This document shows, in pieces, positions 36,501-45,225 of a DNA stretch of 64,000 bases. The number at the start of each line of letters is the position of its first letter. Position 1 is the stretch's first letter. A program made the position numbers and the translations under genes. Source of the DNA: an uncultured bacterium (GTDB lineage: Bacteria > Patescibacteriota > Minisyncoccia > Phycocordibacterales > Phycocordibacteraceae); contig CALFMK010000003.1 in NCBI GenBank assembly GCA_937879955.1, positions 12,581 through 76,580 of the forward strand. The letters are read 5' to 3'. The notes below the pieces were generated by a model. It saw only the letters and a list, made by a program, of their open reading frames with translations. It was not told the origin of the DNA and did no database searches.

Positions 36501-39500
36501 GCACGCTCTATAACATCCTCGATCTCAGCGCGTACGGCACCGGAGGCAACGTGCAGAACATGCTCCGCTTCAACAACGGCGCTTCCACGGCCTGGTCGTT
36601 CGGTGTAAATCAGGCGAACGGAAACGCTCTTACGTTCTCATCCGCCTCGCTACTCACATCGGCTCCGCGCATGGTGCTTACGACCGGCGGCAATGTCGGT
36701 ATCGGAACCACGTCTCCCGCGGTTCCTCTCGATGTCGTCGGTGCCATCCGCTCGAACGCGAGCGGAGGAACGACATACGCCCTCATCGGCGCGTCGGGCA
36801 ATGGTCTCGCCGGTCGTATAACCCTCGGACGCCGTTCGGACGGAGTCACGACGTCGGCGTTCTACGGGACGACCGTAGATGGCGCGAATGATGGTGCCAC
36901 CATCCATTACAGCGGCGGGTCTCAGGCCGCTATCGAGCTCTCTTCCGGGACCATATCCTTCAGAACGAATACCATAGGCACTGAGCGTATGCGTCTCGAT
37001 ACGAACGGCAATCTTGGTATCGGCACCAGCTCTCCATCGCAGCCCCTCACCGTAGCAGGGAACGGTTACCTTACAGGCGGCCTCGGCATCGGTGCCGCTA
37101 ATACCACGGCAGGAAGCGTGCTTGCGACCGGAAATTACATAACCACCGGCACGGGCTCCTATTTCGGAGCAACGACGAACTTCAATGCCTTCATACCGTT
37201 CGATAACGGCGGACGCACCGGCATCAATGCAGGAGGGAGCTTCTACGTGAACCTAGACTCCAATAACGACCAGACGGACCGTGCTTTCATAATTGCGAGG
37301 GACAGCAGCGCGCTCTCGAGCGGTACCGAGCTCTTCCGGATTCAGGAGAACGGCAATGTCGGTATCGGCACGACCACTCCTGATCAGAAACTTTCCGTGA
37401 CTGGCACCATCAAGGCGGAGCGCGCAGGCGGCCTTAAGGGTTCGGCGTTCCTCTTCCCGGCAGTCGGTAGCTCGAATAGCTGGTATGAGGGCCTCGGCTT
37501 CAATGCCTACTTCGACGGATCGAACTGGGTTACGGAGGGGGATGGAGCAAATAACGGCGGTTCGCTCCTCACCAGCTCTACGGCCGGCGGGTTCAGCTTC
37601 TTCAGCATGCCGAGCACCGGAGGTGCGGCCCAGACCATCGCCAATGCCAGTCTCGCGAATTACCAACGCATGACTATTACCTCGACGGGGAACGTCGGCA
37701 TAGGTACCAGTTCGCCTGCCACGAATTTTCATGTCAGTGGCATAGGCACCCAGACATTTAGGCTCGAGAATCAAGGCCTGGGCAATCTTTCGATCCAAGC
37801 GACGGGTGGTGATGGTCGTCTGTATACCTCATCAGGACCACTGCTTCTTCAGCCAAGCACAGGTAACGTCGGCATCGGTACCACCTCTCCGGTCTCGCAG
37901 TTCACCATAGACGGAACAAACTCCGCAGCCTTCCTTACCTATGGAGACACGGGCACCGGTTCCGGAACGTTTACCCTGAATTCGCCGAATTTCTCAACGC
38001 TTTCGCTCAATGGTAATACCGATGGCGCCCACGCTACTGCTAACTCTACGATTCGCCTTACTCTCAATAATGCGAACTACAGCGAGATCGGGCTTGATAG
38101 CGCATATGGGAACGGCTTAAAGCTCTTCACTGGCGAGACCTCTGGGTATGGCGGCGGTTCGGGAATCTTGATTACTCAGTCTGGCAACGTAGGGATCGGC
38201 ACTACTAATCCTGGTTCGACGCTTGATGTATCCGCGGGTGCGAGCGGAAGTGTGAACCAGATACGCGCGACGTTCGGAACGGGAAACGGTAACAGCCAAT
38301 TCGTTGCTAATCGACAGGCCACTTCTAACACTGCAGCCATTACATTCCAGACGAACGGCACGACGGATTGGGCTATCGGTCAGCCGTATTCGAGCCTCGG
38401 GGGCACTGGCTCTGATTTTCACATCTATGAGGCGGGCGCCTCGAGTCGTCTCACCATCCTCAAGTCGACTGGTTATGTCGGTATCGGCACGACGACACCA
38501 AACTATCTGCTGAGTTTAGGTATCCAGAGTGCAGCAAACGTGAATCAGGGCATAAGCCTCGCGAGGATTGCGGGCGGCCAGGAGGCGGTACGGTACGGCA
38601 TACGTTCTGACGCGGCAGGAAACTATCGCGGCTCGATAACGATGACAAACGCCGCCGGCACGCAGGTCGAGACGATGACCTTCAGTCCTGTTGGTAACGT
38701 CGGCATCGGCACTTCGTCTCCGTCCTCGATACTGCATATCGAATCGTCGTCGCCGGTCATAACCGTATACGACACGGCAGGATCGTCTGGTGCTCGGTTC
38801 AACGTAAACGGCCTTGTCGCTGCCGGCAGCCTTGCATACCGGTTCCAGACTGATAGCGGCACGAATACCATCATGTCGATGCTCCGTAATGGAAATGTCG
38901 GTATCGGGACGTCATCACCGACAGGAAGGCTCACGGTCTATCAGTCCGCGTTTACGAGCACCGACGGCATCTATCTCGATAATTCGGGGAATAACTCAGG
39001 CCGTATCTATATAGATTCAGGGGGTGCCCTGAATCTGCAGCGCGGAACCAATACGGGTCAGCTCGTACTCAGTGCAGCAGGTAACGTCGGCATCGGCACG
39101 ACATCTCCTGTGGCAAAGCTTGATGTCGGCGGCCAGATCGGCACGGTTGGATCAGGTATCGGCGCAGGCGCGGGCGTGGCCACGTTCTCAACGAACGTAA
39201 ATAACTCGGCCGGCATCGAGATGCGCAACGCGAGCGCTGCCGGAGGCGCCTCGTTCCGATTCGCCATCTCCGACAACAATGCCAACGACTATCTTGCTTT
39301 CGAGCAGTCGAGCACCGGGAACGGCGGCACCTTGTTCGGTATGACGCGTTCAGGAATTTCCACGCTCTTCACGAACGGAACCGGGAACCGCACGCTTGCG
39401 GTAGGAACGGTGAACGCAGGCGCGGTTGTTCTGGGGACGAGTAACGCGGAGCGTCTGCGCATTACATCCACGGGTAATGTGGGTATCGGTACTTCTTCGC

Positions 39501-40936
39501 CGCAAAATACCCTCGAGCTTTATGCTGGCAATCCTGCTCTCCGCACGACGCTCAGCGGTACTTCTGGCGCGGCCGAATGGATAGCGTACGAAAGCGGTAC
39601 GTATAAGGGCGGTTTCTCTGCATTCGGCAGTACCTATCCAACGACCAGCTGGCGCGATGCGGTCATGCTCACTGCCGCAACCGACAACACCGGTTCCCTT
39701 ATCTTCCGTACTCGTACCGCAGGCTCGTACGCTGAGCGCATGAACATTACTAACGCAGGTAATGTCGGCATCGGTACGACGACGCCGACCGCGCAGCTCC
39801 ATACGACGGGCACGGTGCGCTTCTCGAACTTCGGCGCCGGCACGCTCCAGACCGATGCGGACGGCAACCTGAGCGTCTCCTCCGACGAGCGCCTCAAGCA
39901 GATCTCGGGAGGGTTCGGCCGCGGGCTCGCGGACCTGATGGGTATCAATCCTATAACCTTCCATTGGAAGGCCTCCACCGGCTTCGATACCGTGAACAGC
40001 TACGCGGGATTCAGCGCGCAGAATGTCCAGAGCGCCATACCGGAAGCCGTCGATACCGATCCGCGCGGATACCTCACGCTCTCCGACCGTCCGATCCTCG
40101 CGGCTTCCGTGAACGCGATCAAGGAGCTCAATCTCCGCACGCTCTCGCTCGCGCCGGCGGAGACGAATACGGCAGCGAAGAACCTCGAGGTGTCGGCGGA
40201 CGCGTCCATCGCCGGCGCGCTCTCTGTCTTCGGAAGCGGATCCTTCGCGCTCGGCCTCGAGGCGACGGACGTGCGCGCCTCGCGCGTGCTCGTGCCGAAG
40301 ACAGGCGAGCTGCCGGCCGAGGTCCTCACCGGCGGCGATGCCGACCTCTTCAAGATGGCGGCGCGCGGCATGGCGGACGGCGCCGAGGCGCTGCGCCGCA
40401 CGGACCTCGTCATGGAGAAGCTCGCGACCATCGACCAGCGCCTCGCGGAGCTCGAGGCTGCCGCGAGCGCGCCGGCAGGCATCCCGGTTATCGAGAATCT
40501 CTCAGAGATCATGAGTCGGTTCAGCATCCGCGACGGCATACTCTCGGCCGTCGAGATGGCCGTCGAGCGCCTCACGATCGGCTCTCCTGAGAAGCCGACC
40601 GGCGTCACGTTCTATGACGAGGTCACGGGCGAGCCGTACTGCCTCGCGATACGCAATGGCGCGCAGGTCATACGCGAAGGGAAGTGCGAGGTCGCGAGCC
40701 GCACGGCCCCGGAACCGGCGGTCGTCGTGGACGCGCCGGCGCCGCAGGAGACCGTAAGCACCTCGACCCCGCCGAGCCCGGCTGCCGAGATGCCTTCGCC
40801 ATCGGCCGGAGCAGGCGCGGACGACGGTGCTCCAGAGCCTCCCGCTGAGGTGGTCGAGACGCCTGCAGAGCCAGCGCCCGAGCCGATCGTCACGCCGGCC
40901 GCGGAACCTGCCCCTTCGCCGGAACCGGCCGCCTAG
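33548..40936 (+). CDS. giant (2462 aa) membrane-anchored tail-fiber-like surface protein: N-terminal excisionase-like HTH, one TM, Ala-rich helical region, ~14 'GNVGIGT(T/S)SP' fiber repeats, C-terminal peptidase-S74 intramolecular chaperone domain, coiled coil, Pro/Ala-rich tail
   Basis: Repeats (ANGNVGIGTTTP, TGGNVGIGTTSP, ...) seen in the protein and as periodic ggnaaygtcggnatcggnac in DNA; S74 hallmark SSDERLKQISGGFGRGLADLMGINPITFHWK at ~39881; TM FALTALVIGGSTLIAGSGIV after the HTH-like N-terminus. Confidence 0.7.
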   Translation: MNTLLNGNLISTKDASALSGYNADYLSRLCRAGKIRGEQVGRAWLIERSSLEEFMATQVMRKIELSENLAREREEEYRRINQAVPEMTVRMQDKTDHAVNTVMSVLSKMHMPQAYPAFGGRAASFALTALVIGGSTLIAGSGIVEKTGVAFTHFAFETRELALESADRTLAYAHERNALLASRAMQEVRVHDLLLASVNDARVETLPSKFSAGFEALATPREIPAIALSEATPLTDEGARRVAQARAIAMDLETDPIGSLTRSYLSTGAYLVHQTDAVLAMHLDATYAAADSILSLGAGIRDASSLAVGAYQDGVYAYVRNVELVPRTVLSVAYGIGDAMATGVSGGVQRAPERYDAGIMAFAMLSQDAGERIARDSSAFGDASRTVVTAMLEMEDRSIAHAVGSSRVAFGEGLDAVESVPPSIAYAFGGGVDHLTAAVASAQALTASPFAAFEPSDLLEGFTHGVLTFFSDAVTTIAGFFGGEETGLAVIPSEGPEETYSVPTAVQQEGGDTNIYEGPVTIVNNHNEYPALTYSGVTKGYVDTQLTLLNDRLIRSIDNSRRAARGGTISINGLSGTGLTLSNSAWNGGSIVGATLDVLDTAVTGDLTASGSIESSTYIAGPYVLATSTTATSAFSGNIAAGRNATFGTTAADLLTVNSSIASHLVPSANNAYDLGSAGNYWRRGYVNELIVNNLSAASSSIGGTASNVFSVNSDNATNDIEDSSILFNRGVATPNALMTWNASMKRFEFNMPVYSADGIFASATTTNLIATNLSLGGSQFTSLLGSGLQNVAGALTVSTTTLAGSFFSQDGNSFGSTATLGTNDGQTLQFETGNVPRISVLANGNVGIGTTTPPNKFSVVSGGNDDGISWYNSVDGRLLGRFGQEAGTQGRMTLWNGASPAINLQAGSNSNFINGNLMLGSNNVAASRLAVNGSAAVGSGYQLLAAPTNGLLVEGNVGIGTSSPSYVFDVQGSGSNQARISSTGTLYNILDLSAYGTGGNVQNMLRFNNGASTAWSFGVNQANGNALTFSSASLLTSAPRMVLTTGGNVGIGTTSPAVPLDVVGAIRSNASGGTTYALIGASGNGLAGRITLGRRSDGVTTSAFYGTTVDGANDGATIHYSGGSQAAIELSSGTISFRTNTIGTERMRLDTNGNLGIGTSSPSQPLTVAGNGYLTGGLGIGAANTTAGSVLATGNYITTGTGSYFGATTNFNAFIPFDNGGRTGINAGGSFYVNLDSNNDQTDRAFIIARDSSALSSGTELFRIQENGNVGIGTTTPDQKLSVTGTIKAERAGGLKGSAFLFPAVGSSNSWYEGLGFNAYFDGSNWVTEGDGANNGGSLLTSSTAGGFSFFSMPSTGGAAQTIANASLANYQRMTITSTGNVGIGTSSPATNFHVSGIGTQTFRLENQGLGNLSIQATGGDGRLYTSSGPLLLQPSTGNVGIGTTSPVSQFTIDGTNSAAFLTYGDTGTGSGTFTLNSPNFSTLSLNGNTDGAHATANSTIRLTLNNANYSEIGLDSAYGNGLKLFTGETSGYGGGSGILITQSGNVGIGTTNPGSTLDVSAGASGSVNQIRATFGTGNGNSQFVANRQATSNTAAITFQTNGTTDWAIGQPYSSLGGTGSDFHIYEAGASSRLTILKSTGYVGIGTTTPNYLLSLGIQSAANVNQGISLARIAGGQEAVRYGIRSDAAGNYRGSITMTNAAGTQVETMTFSPVGNVGIGTSSPSSILHIESSSPVITVYDTAGSSGARFNVNGLVAAGSLAYRFQTDSGTNTIMSMLRNGNVGIGTSSPTGRLTVYQSAFTSTDGIYLDNSGNNSGRIYIDSGGALNLQRGTNTGQLVLSAAGNVGIGTTSPVAKLDVGGQIGTVGSGIGAGAGVATFSTNVNNSAGIEMRNASAAGGASFRFAISDNNANDYLAFEQSSTGNGGTLFGMTRSGISTLFTNGTGNRTLAVGTVNAGAVVLGTSNAERLRITSTGNVGIGTSSPQNTLELYAGNPALRTTLSGTSGAAEWIAYESGTYKGGFSAFGSTYPTTSWRDAVMLTAATDNTGSLIFRTRTAGSYAERMNITNAGNVGIGTTTPTAQLHTTGTVRFSNFGAGTLQTDADGNLSVSSDERLKQISGGFGRGLADLMGINPITFHWKASTGFDTVNSYAGFSAQNVQSAIPEAVDTDPRGYLTLSDRPILAASVNAIKELNLRTLSLAPAETNTAAKNLEVSADASIAGALSVFGSGSFALGLEATDVRASRVLVPKTGELPAEVLTGGDADLFKMAARGMADGAEALRRTDLVMEKLATIDQRLAELEAAASAPAGIPVIENLSEIMSRFSIRDGILSAVEMAVERLTIGSPEKPTGVTFYDEVTGEPYCLAIRNGAQVIREGKCEVASRTAPEPAVVVDAPAPQETVSTSTPPSPAAEMPSPSAGAGADDGAPEPPAEVVETPAEPAPEPIVTPAAEPAPSPEPAA

Positions 40937-40984
40937 GAGGATGCTAGACTTGGACTACACATAATCAACGTATCGAAATTCACC

Positions 40985-41995
40985 ATGGCACTACGCGTAG
41001 CGATAAACGGGTTCGGAAGGATTGGGCGGACGTTCGTGCGCCAAGCCTATGACCGGCCGGAGATAGAGATAGTGGCGGTGAACGACCTAGGTTCGCTCGA
41101 GAACCTCGCGTACCTCTTGAAGTACGACACGGTCTACAAGCGCGCACCGTTCCCGGTAGAGGCACGCGACGGGAAGCTCGTCATCAACGGGAAGGAGGTC
41201 GCGTTCCTCTCGGAGAAGGACCCGGCCTTGCTGCCATGGAAGGATCTCGCGGTCGACGTCGTGATCGAGTCGACCGGCTTCTTCACGGACTACGAGAAGG
41301 CGAACGCGCACATAACCGCGGGTGCCCGCCGCGTCGTCATCTCGGCGCCGGTGAAGGACGAGAACCCGCTCGGTGCCACCGTGCTCATGGGTCTCGACGA
41401 GTCGAAGCTCGGTACCTGCCCGATAACGAGCAACGCGTCCTGCACCACTAACTCCGCGTCACCGGTCATCGCGATCCTCGACGGCGCGATCGGCATCGAG
41501 AAGGCGATCCTCTCGACCGTGCACGCGTACACCGCGTCGCAGTCCATCGTTGACGGCCCTGCGAAGAAGGATATGAAGGAGGGGCGCGCCGCCGCGCAGA
41601 ACATCGTGCCGACGTCGACGGGCGCTGCGGTCGCGGTCACGAAGGCGTACACGAGCCTCGCAGGGAAGTTCGACGGCATCTCGCTCCGCGTCCCGGTCCC
41701 GGCAGGCTCCATCGCCGACATCACGTTCATCGCGAAGCGTCCGACGACTGCGGAGGAGGTGAACGAGATCCTGCGCGCTGCCGCGAAGGATCCGCGCTGG
41801 GCGGGCATCTTCTCGGCGACCGACGAGGAGCTTGTCTCGAGCGACATCGTGGGCGAGCAGTTCGCCTCCATTGCGGACCTCGGCATGACGCGCGTCGTGG
41901 ACGGGAACCTCGTGAAGGTGCTCGCCTGGTACGACAACGAGGCAGGGTACACGCATACGCTCGTCGAGCACGCTATCAAGGCCGGCAATGCATAA
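40985..41995 (+). CDS. gap: glyceraldehyde-3-phosphate dehydrogenase
   Basis: 336 aa; INGFGRIGR; active-site region SNASCTTN, WYDNEAGY. Confidence 0.9.
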   Translation: MALRVAINGFGRIGRTFVRQAYDRPEIEIVAVNDLGSLENLAYLLKYDTVYKRAPFPVEARDGKLVINGKEVAFLSEKDPALLPWKDLAVDVVIESTGFFTDYEKANAHITAGARRVVISAPVKDENPLGATVLMGLDESKLGTCPITSNASCTTNSASPVIAILDGAIGIEKAILSTVHAYTASQSIVDGPAKKDMKEGRAAAQNIVPTSTGAAVAVTKAYTSLAGKFDGISLRVPVPAGSIADITFIAKRPTTAEEVNEILRAAAKDPRWAGIFSATDEELVSSDIVGEQFASIADLGMTRVVDGNLVKVLAWYDNEAGYTHTLVEHAIKAGNA

Positions 41996-42473
41996 GCTCT
42001 ACATCGCGGCAGACCATACGGGATTCGCGCTCAAGAGCGAGCTCGCGTCCTACGTGCGCATGCTCGGCTACGAGGTTGAGGATATGGGCGCGCACGAGCT
42101 CGTCCCGGATGACGACTATCCGGAGCTCATCACGCCCGTGGCGCAGAAGGTGGTTGAGACACCCGATACGCTCGGCATCGTGATCGGCGGGTCAGGGCAG
42201 GGCGAGGCCATGGCCGCGAACCGCGTGAAGGGCGCGCGCTGCGCGCTCTACTACGGGCAGGCACGGGCGGTCGGCGCGATAGACGCGGACGGCGCGCACG
42301 CGCTCGACGGCTACGATATCGTCCGGCTCGCGCGCGAGCATAACGATGCGAACGTCCTGTCGCTCGCCGCGCGCTTCGTCGAGCTCGAGGACGCGAAAGA
42401 AGCGGTGCGCATATTCATCGAGACGCCGTTCTCAGGCATCGAGCGCCATGCGCGGCGCATCGCGAAGTTCTGA
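41988..42473 (+). CDS. rpiB: ribose-5-phosphate isomerase B (RpiB/LacAB family)
   Basis: 161 aa; LYIAADHTGF, GIVIGGSGQGEAMAANRV. Confidence 0.8.
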   Translation: MHKLYIAADHTGFALKSELASYVRMLGYEVEDMGAHELVPDDDYPELITPVAQKVVETPDTLGIVIGGSGQGEAMAANRVKGARCALYYGQARAVGAIDADGAHALDGYDIVRLAREHNDANVLSLAARFVELEDAKEAVRIFIETPFSGIERHARRIAKF

Positions 42474-42543
42474 TGCGCAAGCACAGGAGAATCACCGCCG
42501 CGTCGCATCTCGACGCGGCGGTGTTCGTATATACTGTTCCTAT

Positions 42544-43269
42544 ATGGGCATCATCGTCCCCGCCGTCATCCCCGCGTCGAGACAGGATCTCGAGGACAAG
42601 CTCGCGCGCCTCTCGGGCCTGTGCGAGGAGGTGCAGATCGATATCGTCGACGGCGTCTACGCGGGTCCTGCGAGCTGGCCGTATACCAAGGACGCGAAGG
42701 ACGAGCCGGCGCGGATGCTCGAAAACGGCGAGATGCTCCCGTATGCGGGATCGTTCCGGTTCGAGATAGACCTCATGAGCCGCGATCCGGAGTCGGTCGC
42801 AGGGACCTGGATCGCGCTCGGTGCCACCCGGCTCACGGTGCATGCGGAGAGCACGCCGTACCTCGGCCAGTTCCTCCGGGATACGCGCGCCAAGTACGGC
42901 CATGAGAAGGACTTCGCCGAAGGATTCCTCTCGCTCGGCATCGCGATAGGCGCGCAGACCGACCTCTCGCTCGTCGAGCCGTATCTCGACCGCATCGACT
43001 ACGTGCAGTTCATGGGCATTGAGACCATCGGTCACCAAGGAGAGCCGTTCTCCGCGAGCGTGCTGCCGCGCATCGCCGCGTTCCGGAAGCAGCATCCCGG
43101 CATGCAGATCACCGTGGACGGGGGCGTCTCAGGCGCGAATGCAGCAGCGCTCCTCGCTGCGGGCGTATCGCGCCTCGTGGTAGGGTCCGCTATCTGGAAG
43201 GCGCCGGACCCTGCCCAGGCGCTCCGCGAGCTCACCAAGCTCACGGAGACGCATGGCATCTACGAATAG
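42544..43269 (+). CDS. rpe: ribulose-phosphate 3-epimerase family protein
   Basis: Start reassigned to MGIIVPAVIPA at 42544 (the ORF-track upstream extension is an Arg/Ser shadow frame); TIM-barrel motifs IDIVDGVY, FMGIETIGHQGEPF, ITVDGGV. Confidence 0.65.
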   Translation: MGIIVPAVIPASRQDLEDKLARLSGLCEEVQIDIVDGVYAGPASWPYTKDAKDEPARMLENGEMLPYAGSFRFEIDLMSRDPESVAGTWIALGATRLTVHAESTPYLGQFLRDTRAKYGHEKDFAEGFLSLGIAIGAQTDLSLVEPYLDRIDYVQFMGIETIGHQGEPFSASVLPRIAAFRKQHPGMQITVDGGVSGANAAALLAAGVSRLVVGSAIWKAPDPAQALRELTKLTETHGIYE

Positions 43270-43270
43270 C

Positions 43271-43783
43271 ATGCGCCGCGGCTTCACCCTCATCGAGCTC
43301 CTCGTCGTGATCGCCATCATCGGCGTGCTGTCTGCGGTCGTGCTCGCATCCCTCAGCACGGCGCGAGCGCGAGCGCGGGACGCGCAGCGATTGAGCCAGC
43401 TGCAGCAGGTGAGAACGTCGCTCGAGAGCCGGTACGCAGAAACCGGAAATTACCCTGGTCATACTGGAACCGCAGGAACCTGTACTGCCGGGAACGTCAC
43501 GAGCTGGAACTCGTCCATGACCACCTTAACTTCAGAGGGCTACCTTTCCGCGATTCCGATCGATCCGGGCGCGCCGGCGGATTACTGCTACCAGTACATG
43601 AACGGAAGACAGACCACATCAAGCAATATCCAATGCGACGGTGTGACCAGGGCGGCGTACGAGTGGTCCATAATCTTCAGGACCGAAGCCGGGCCGCCGA
43701 AAGGGTTCCCGGCTGCCGTCTGGTCGGGAGGAAGCTGGACCACAAGCGATTACTACTGCATGCTCGGGAATCGCAAATCATAA
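43271..43783 (+). CDS. type IV pilin-like protein (prepilin-type N-terminal cleavage/methylation domain)
   Basis: MRRG|FTLIELLVVIAIIGVLSAVVLASL class III signal; start 1 nt after the rpe stop. Confidence 0.75.
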   Translation: MRRGFTLIELLVVIAIIGVLSAVVLASLSTARARARDAQRLSQLQQVRTSLESRYAETGNYPGHTGTAGTCTAGNVTSWNSSMTTLTSEGYLSAIPIDPGAPADYCYQYMNGRQTTSSNIQCDGVTRAAYEWSIIFRTEAGPPKGFPAAVWSGGSWTTSDYYCMLGNRKS

Positions 43784-43825
43784 GGAGTACGTGCTTTCGG
43801 CCGCCGCGGCGTAAAGAGGCGATGC

Positions 43826-43831
43826 TATACT
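43826..43831 (+). promoter_or_regulatory. -10-like TATACT in module agaggcgatgcTATACTttt, 6 nt upstream of the pilin ATG at 43838; the same 19-nt module recurs at the window end (63978..63996)
   Basis: Identical strings at both loci. Confidence 0.45.
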
Positions 43832-43837
43832 TTTGCG

Positions 43838-44347
43838 ATGCGGCGTTCAAGCGGCTTCACCCTCATCGAGCTCCTGGTCGTGATCGCCATCATCGGCGTG
43901 CTGTCTGCGGTCATTCTCGCGTCGCTCAGTCTCGCGCGTCAGCGAAGCCAGTACTCTGCAGCCCGGCAGGAGATGACGAGCTTCGTGAAGGCGGTCGTAA
44001 TCGCGCAAGGGGAGGCCGACAAGCCGCTCCGTCTCATAACCGGAGCAGGCTGCTCGCGCTGCCAGTGCACCGCGGGTACCGACCTGCGCGGCGTGGGCGG
44101 CACCTGCTACTCAGCGTGGGTGAACGCGCTCTCGAAGGTACAGCTCGCGACCAACGGCATCGTGCAGAACCTGAACATGCTCCGTGATCCGTGGGGCAGC
44201 CCGTACCTGCTCGACGAGAACGAAGGCGAGCAGGTGGGTAATCCCTGCGTGGCCGATCAGCTCACCACCTACGGTCCTGACGGCATGTCCGGCGGCGGGG
44301 ATGATATCACGATGAACCTGCCGTTCTATCGCGGCGTGTGCCCGTAG
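43838..44347 (+). CDS. type IV pilin / GspG-like pseudopilin
   Basis: MRRSSG|FTLIELLVVIAIIGVLSAVILASL prepilin signal; Cys-rich C-terminal half. Confidence 0.75.
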   Translation: MRRSSGFTLIELLVVIAIIGVLSAVILASLSLARQRSQYSAARQEMTSFVKAVVIAQGEADKPLRLITGAGCSRCQCTAGTDLRGVGGTCYSAWVNALSKVQLATNGIVQNLNMLRDPWGSPYLLDENEGEQVGNPCVADQLTTYGPDGMSGGGDDITMNLPFYRGVCP

Positions 44348-44367
44348 CGCATGCTATCCTCTTCTTG

Positions 44368-45225
44368 ATGGCCCTTACGGACGAAGACGTACGCATGCTC
44401 GAGACGAAGGCGGAGGAGATCCGCGAGACGATCCTCGACATGCTCGTGCAGGCAGGCAGCGGACACACCGCGGGCCCGCTCGGAATGAGTGACCTCTTCG
44501 CCGCATTCTATTTCCACATACTCAAGCACGATCCGAAGAATCCCGACTGGGAGGAGCGCGATCGGCTCATACTCAGCAACGGGCACACGGTGCCGGTCCG
44601 CTATTCCGCCATGGCGCATGCCGGGTACTTCCCAGTAGAGGAGTGCCTCACGCTCAGGAAGTTCGGCTCGAGACTCCAAGGGCATCCGGAACGCGACCGC
44701 CTCCCAGGGCTCGAGACCACGTCAGGGCCCCTGGGCTCCGGCCTCTCACAGGCGGCGGGCATCGCGCTCGCGCTCAAGATGGACGGGAAGAAGAACCGTA
44801 CGTACGTGATGATGTCGGACGGCGAGCAGCAGGAAGGGAACATATGGGAAGCGGTCCTCTTCGCGGCGAAGTACGGGCTCGGGAACCTCACGGCCGTGAT
44901 GGACCGAAACAACATCCAGATCGACGGCCTCACGGAGGACGTCATGCCGCTCGATTCGCTTAAGGAGAAGTACGAGGCGTTCGGCTGGCACGTGCTCGAG
45001 ATCGACGGGCATAACATCGAGGCGTTCGTCGAGGCGTGCGACGAGGCGAAGGCGGTCGTCGAGAAGCCGACGCTCATCATCGCGCGCACGATTCCCGGGA
45101 AGGGCGTACCCGACATCGAGGGCGATTACACCTGGCACGGCAAGCCGCCCTCGAAGGAGGAGGCCGCACGGTTCGTAAAGGAGCTGCGGTCCGGCGCCGG
45201 GCGCGTACCACACGAATATGCTTAA
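44368..45225 (+). CDS. tktA: transketolase, N-terminal (TPP-binding) subunit
   Basis: GSGHTAGPLGMSDL, LILSNGH, GPLGSGLSQAAGIAL, MSDGEQQEGNIWEA; start set at the ATG 7 nt after a TATCCT box. Confidence 0.8.
   Translation: MALTDEDVRMLETKAEEIRETILDMLVQAGSGHTAGPLGMSDLFAAFYFHILKHDPKNPDWEERDRLILSNGHTVPVRYSAMAHAGYFPVEECLTLRKFGSRLQGHPERDRLPGLETTSGPLGSGLSQAAGIALALKMDGKKNRTYVMMSDGEQQEGNIWEAVLFAAKYGLGNLTAVMDRNNIQIDGLTEDVMPLDSLKEKYEAFGWHVLEIDGHNIEAFVEACDEAKAVVEKPTLIIARTIPGKGVPDIEGDYTWHGKPPSKEEAARFVKELRSGAGRVPHEYA

Noticed and set aside
33548-40936. Possibility that the periodic ggnaaygtcggnatcggnac repeats represent a CRISPR-like or other non-coding repeat array
   Set aside because: Repeats are irregularly spaced (175-394 bp) and in-frame within one long ORF encoding a conserved peptide motif; no spacer/repeat regularity and no cas genes.
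32169-40936. Prophage remnant interpretation of the HTH + tail-fibre-like gene pair
   Set aside because: No integrase, terminase, capsid or other phage genes nearby. The fibre protein is fused to a TM anchor and flanked by housekeeping genes (gatB, gap), so a host-encoded surface structure is favoured. Phage ancestry of the domains is still likely.
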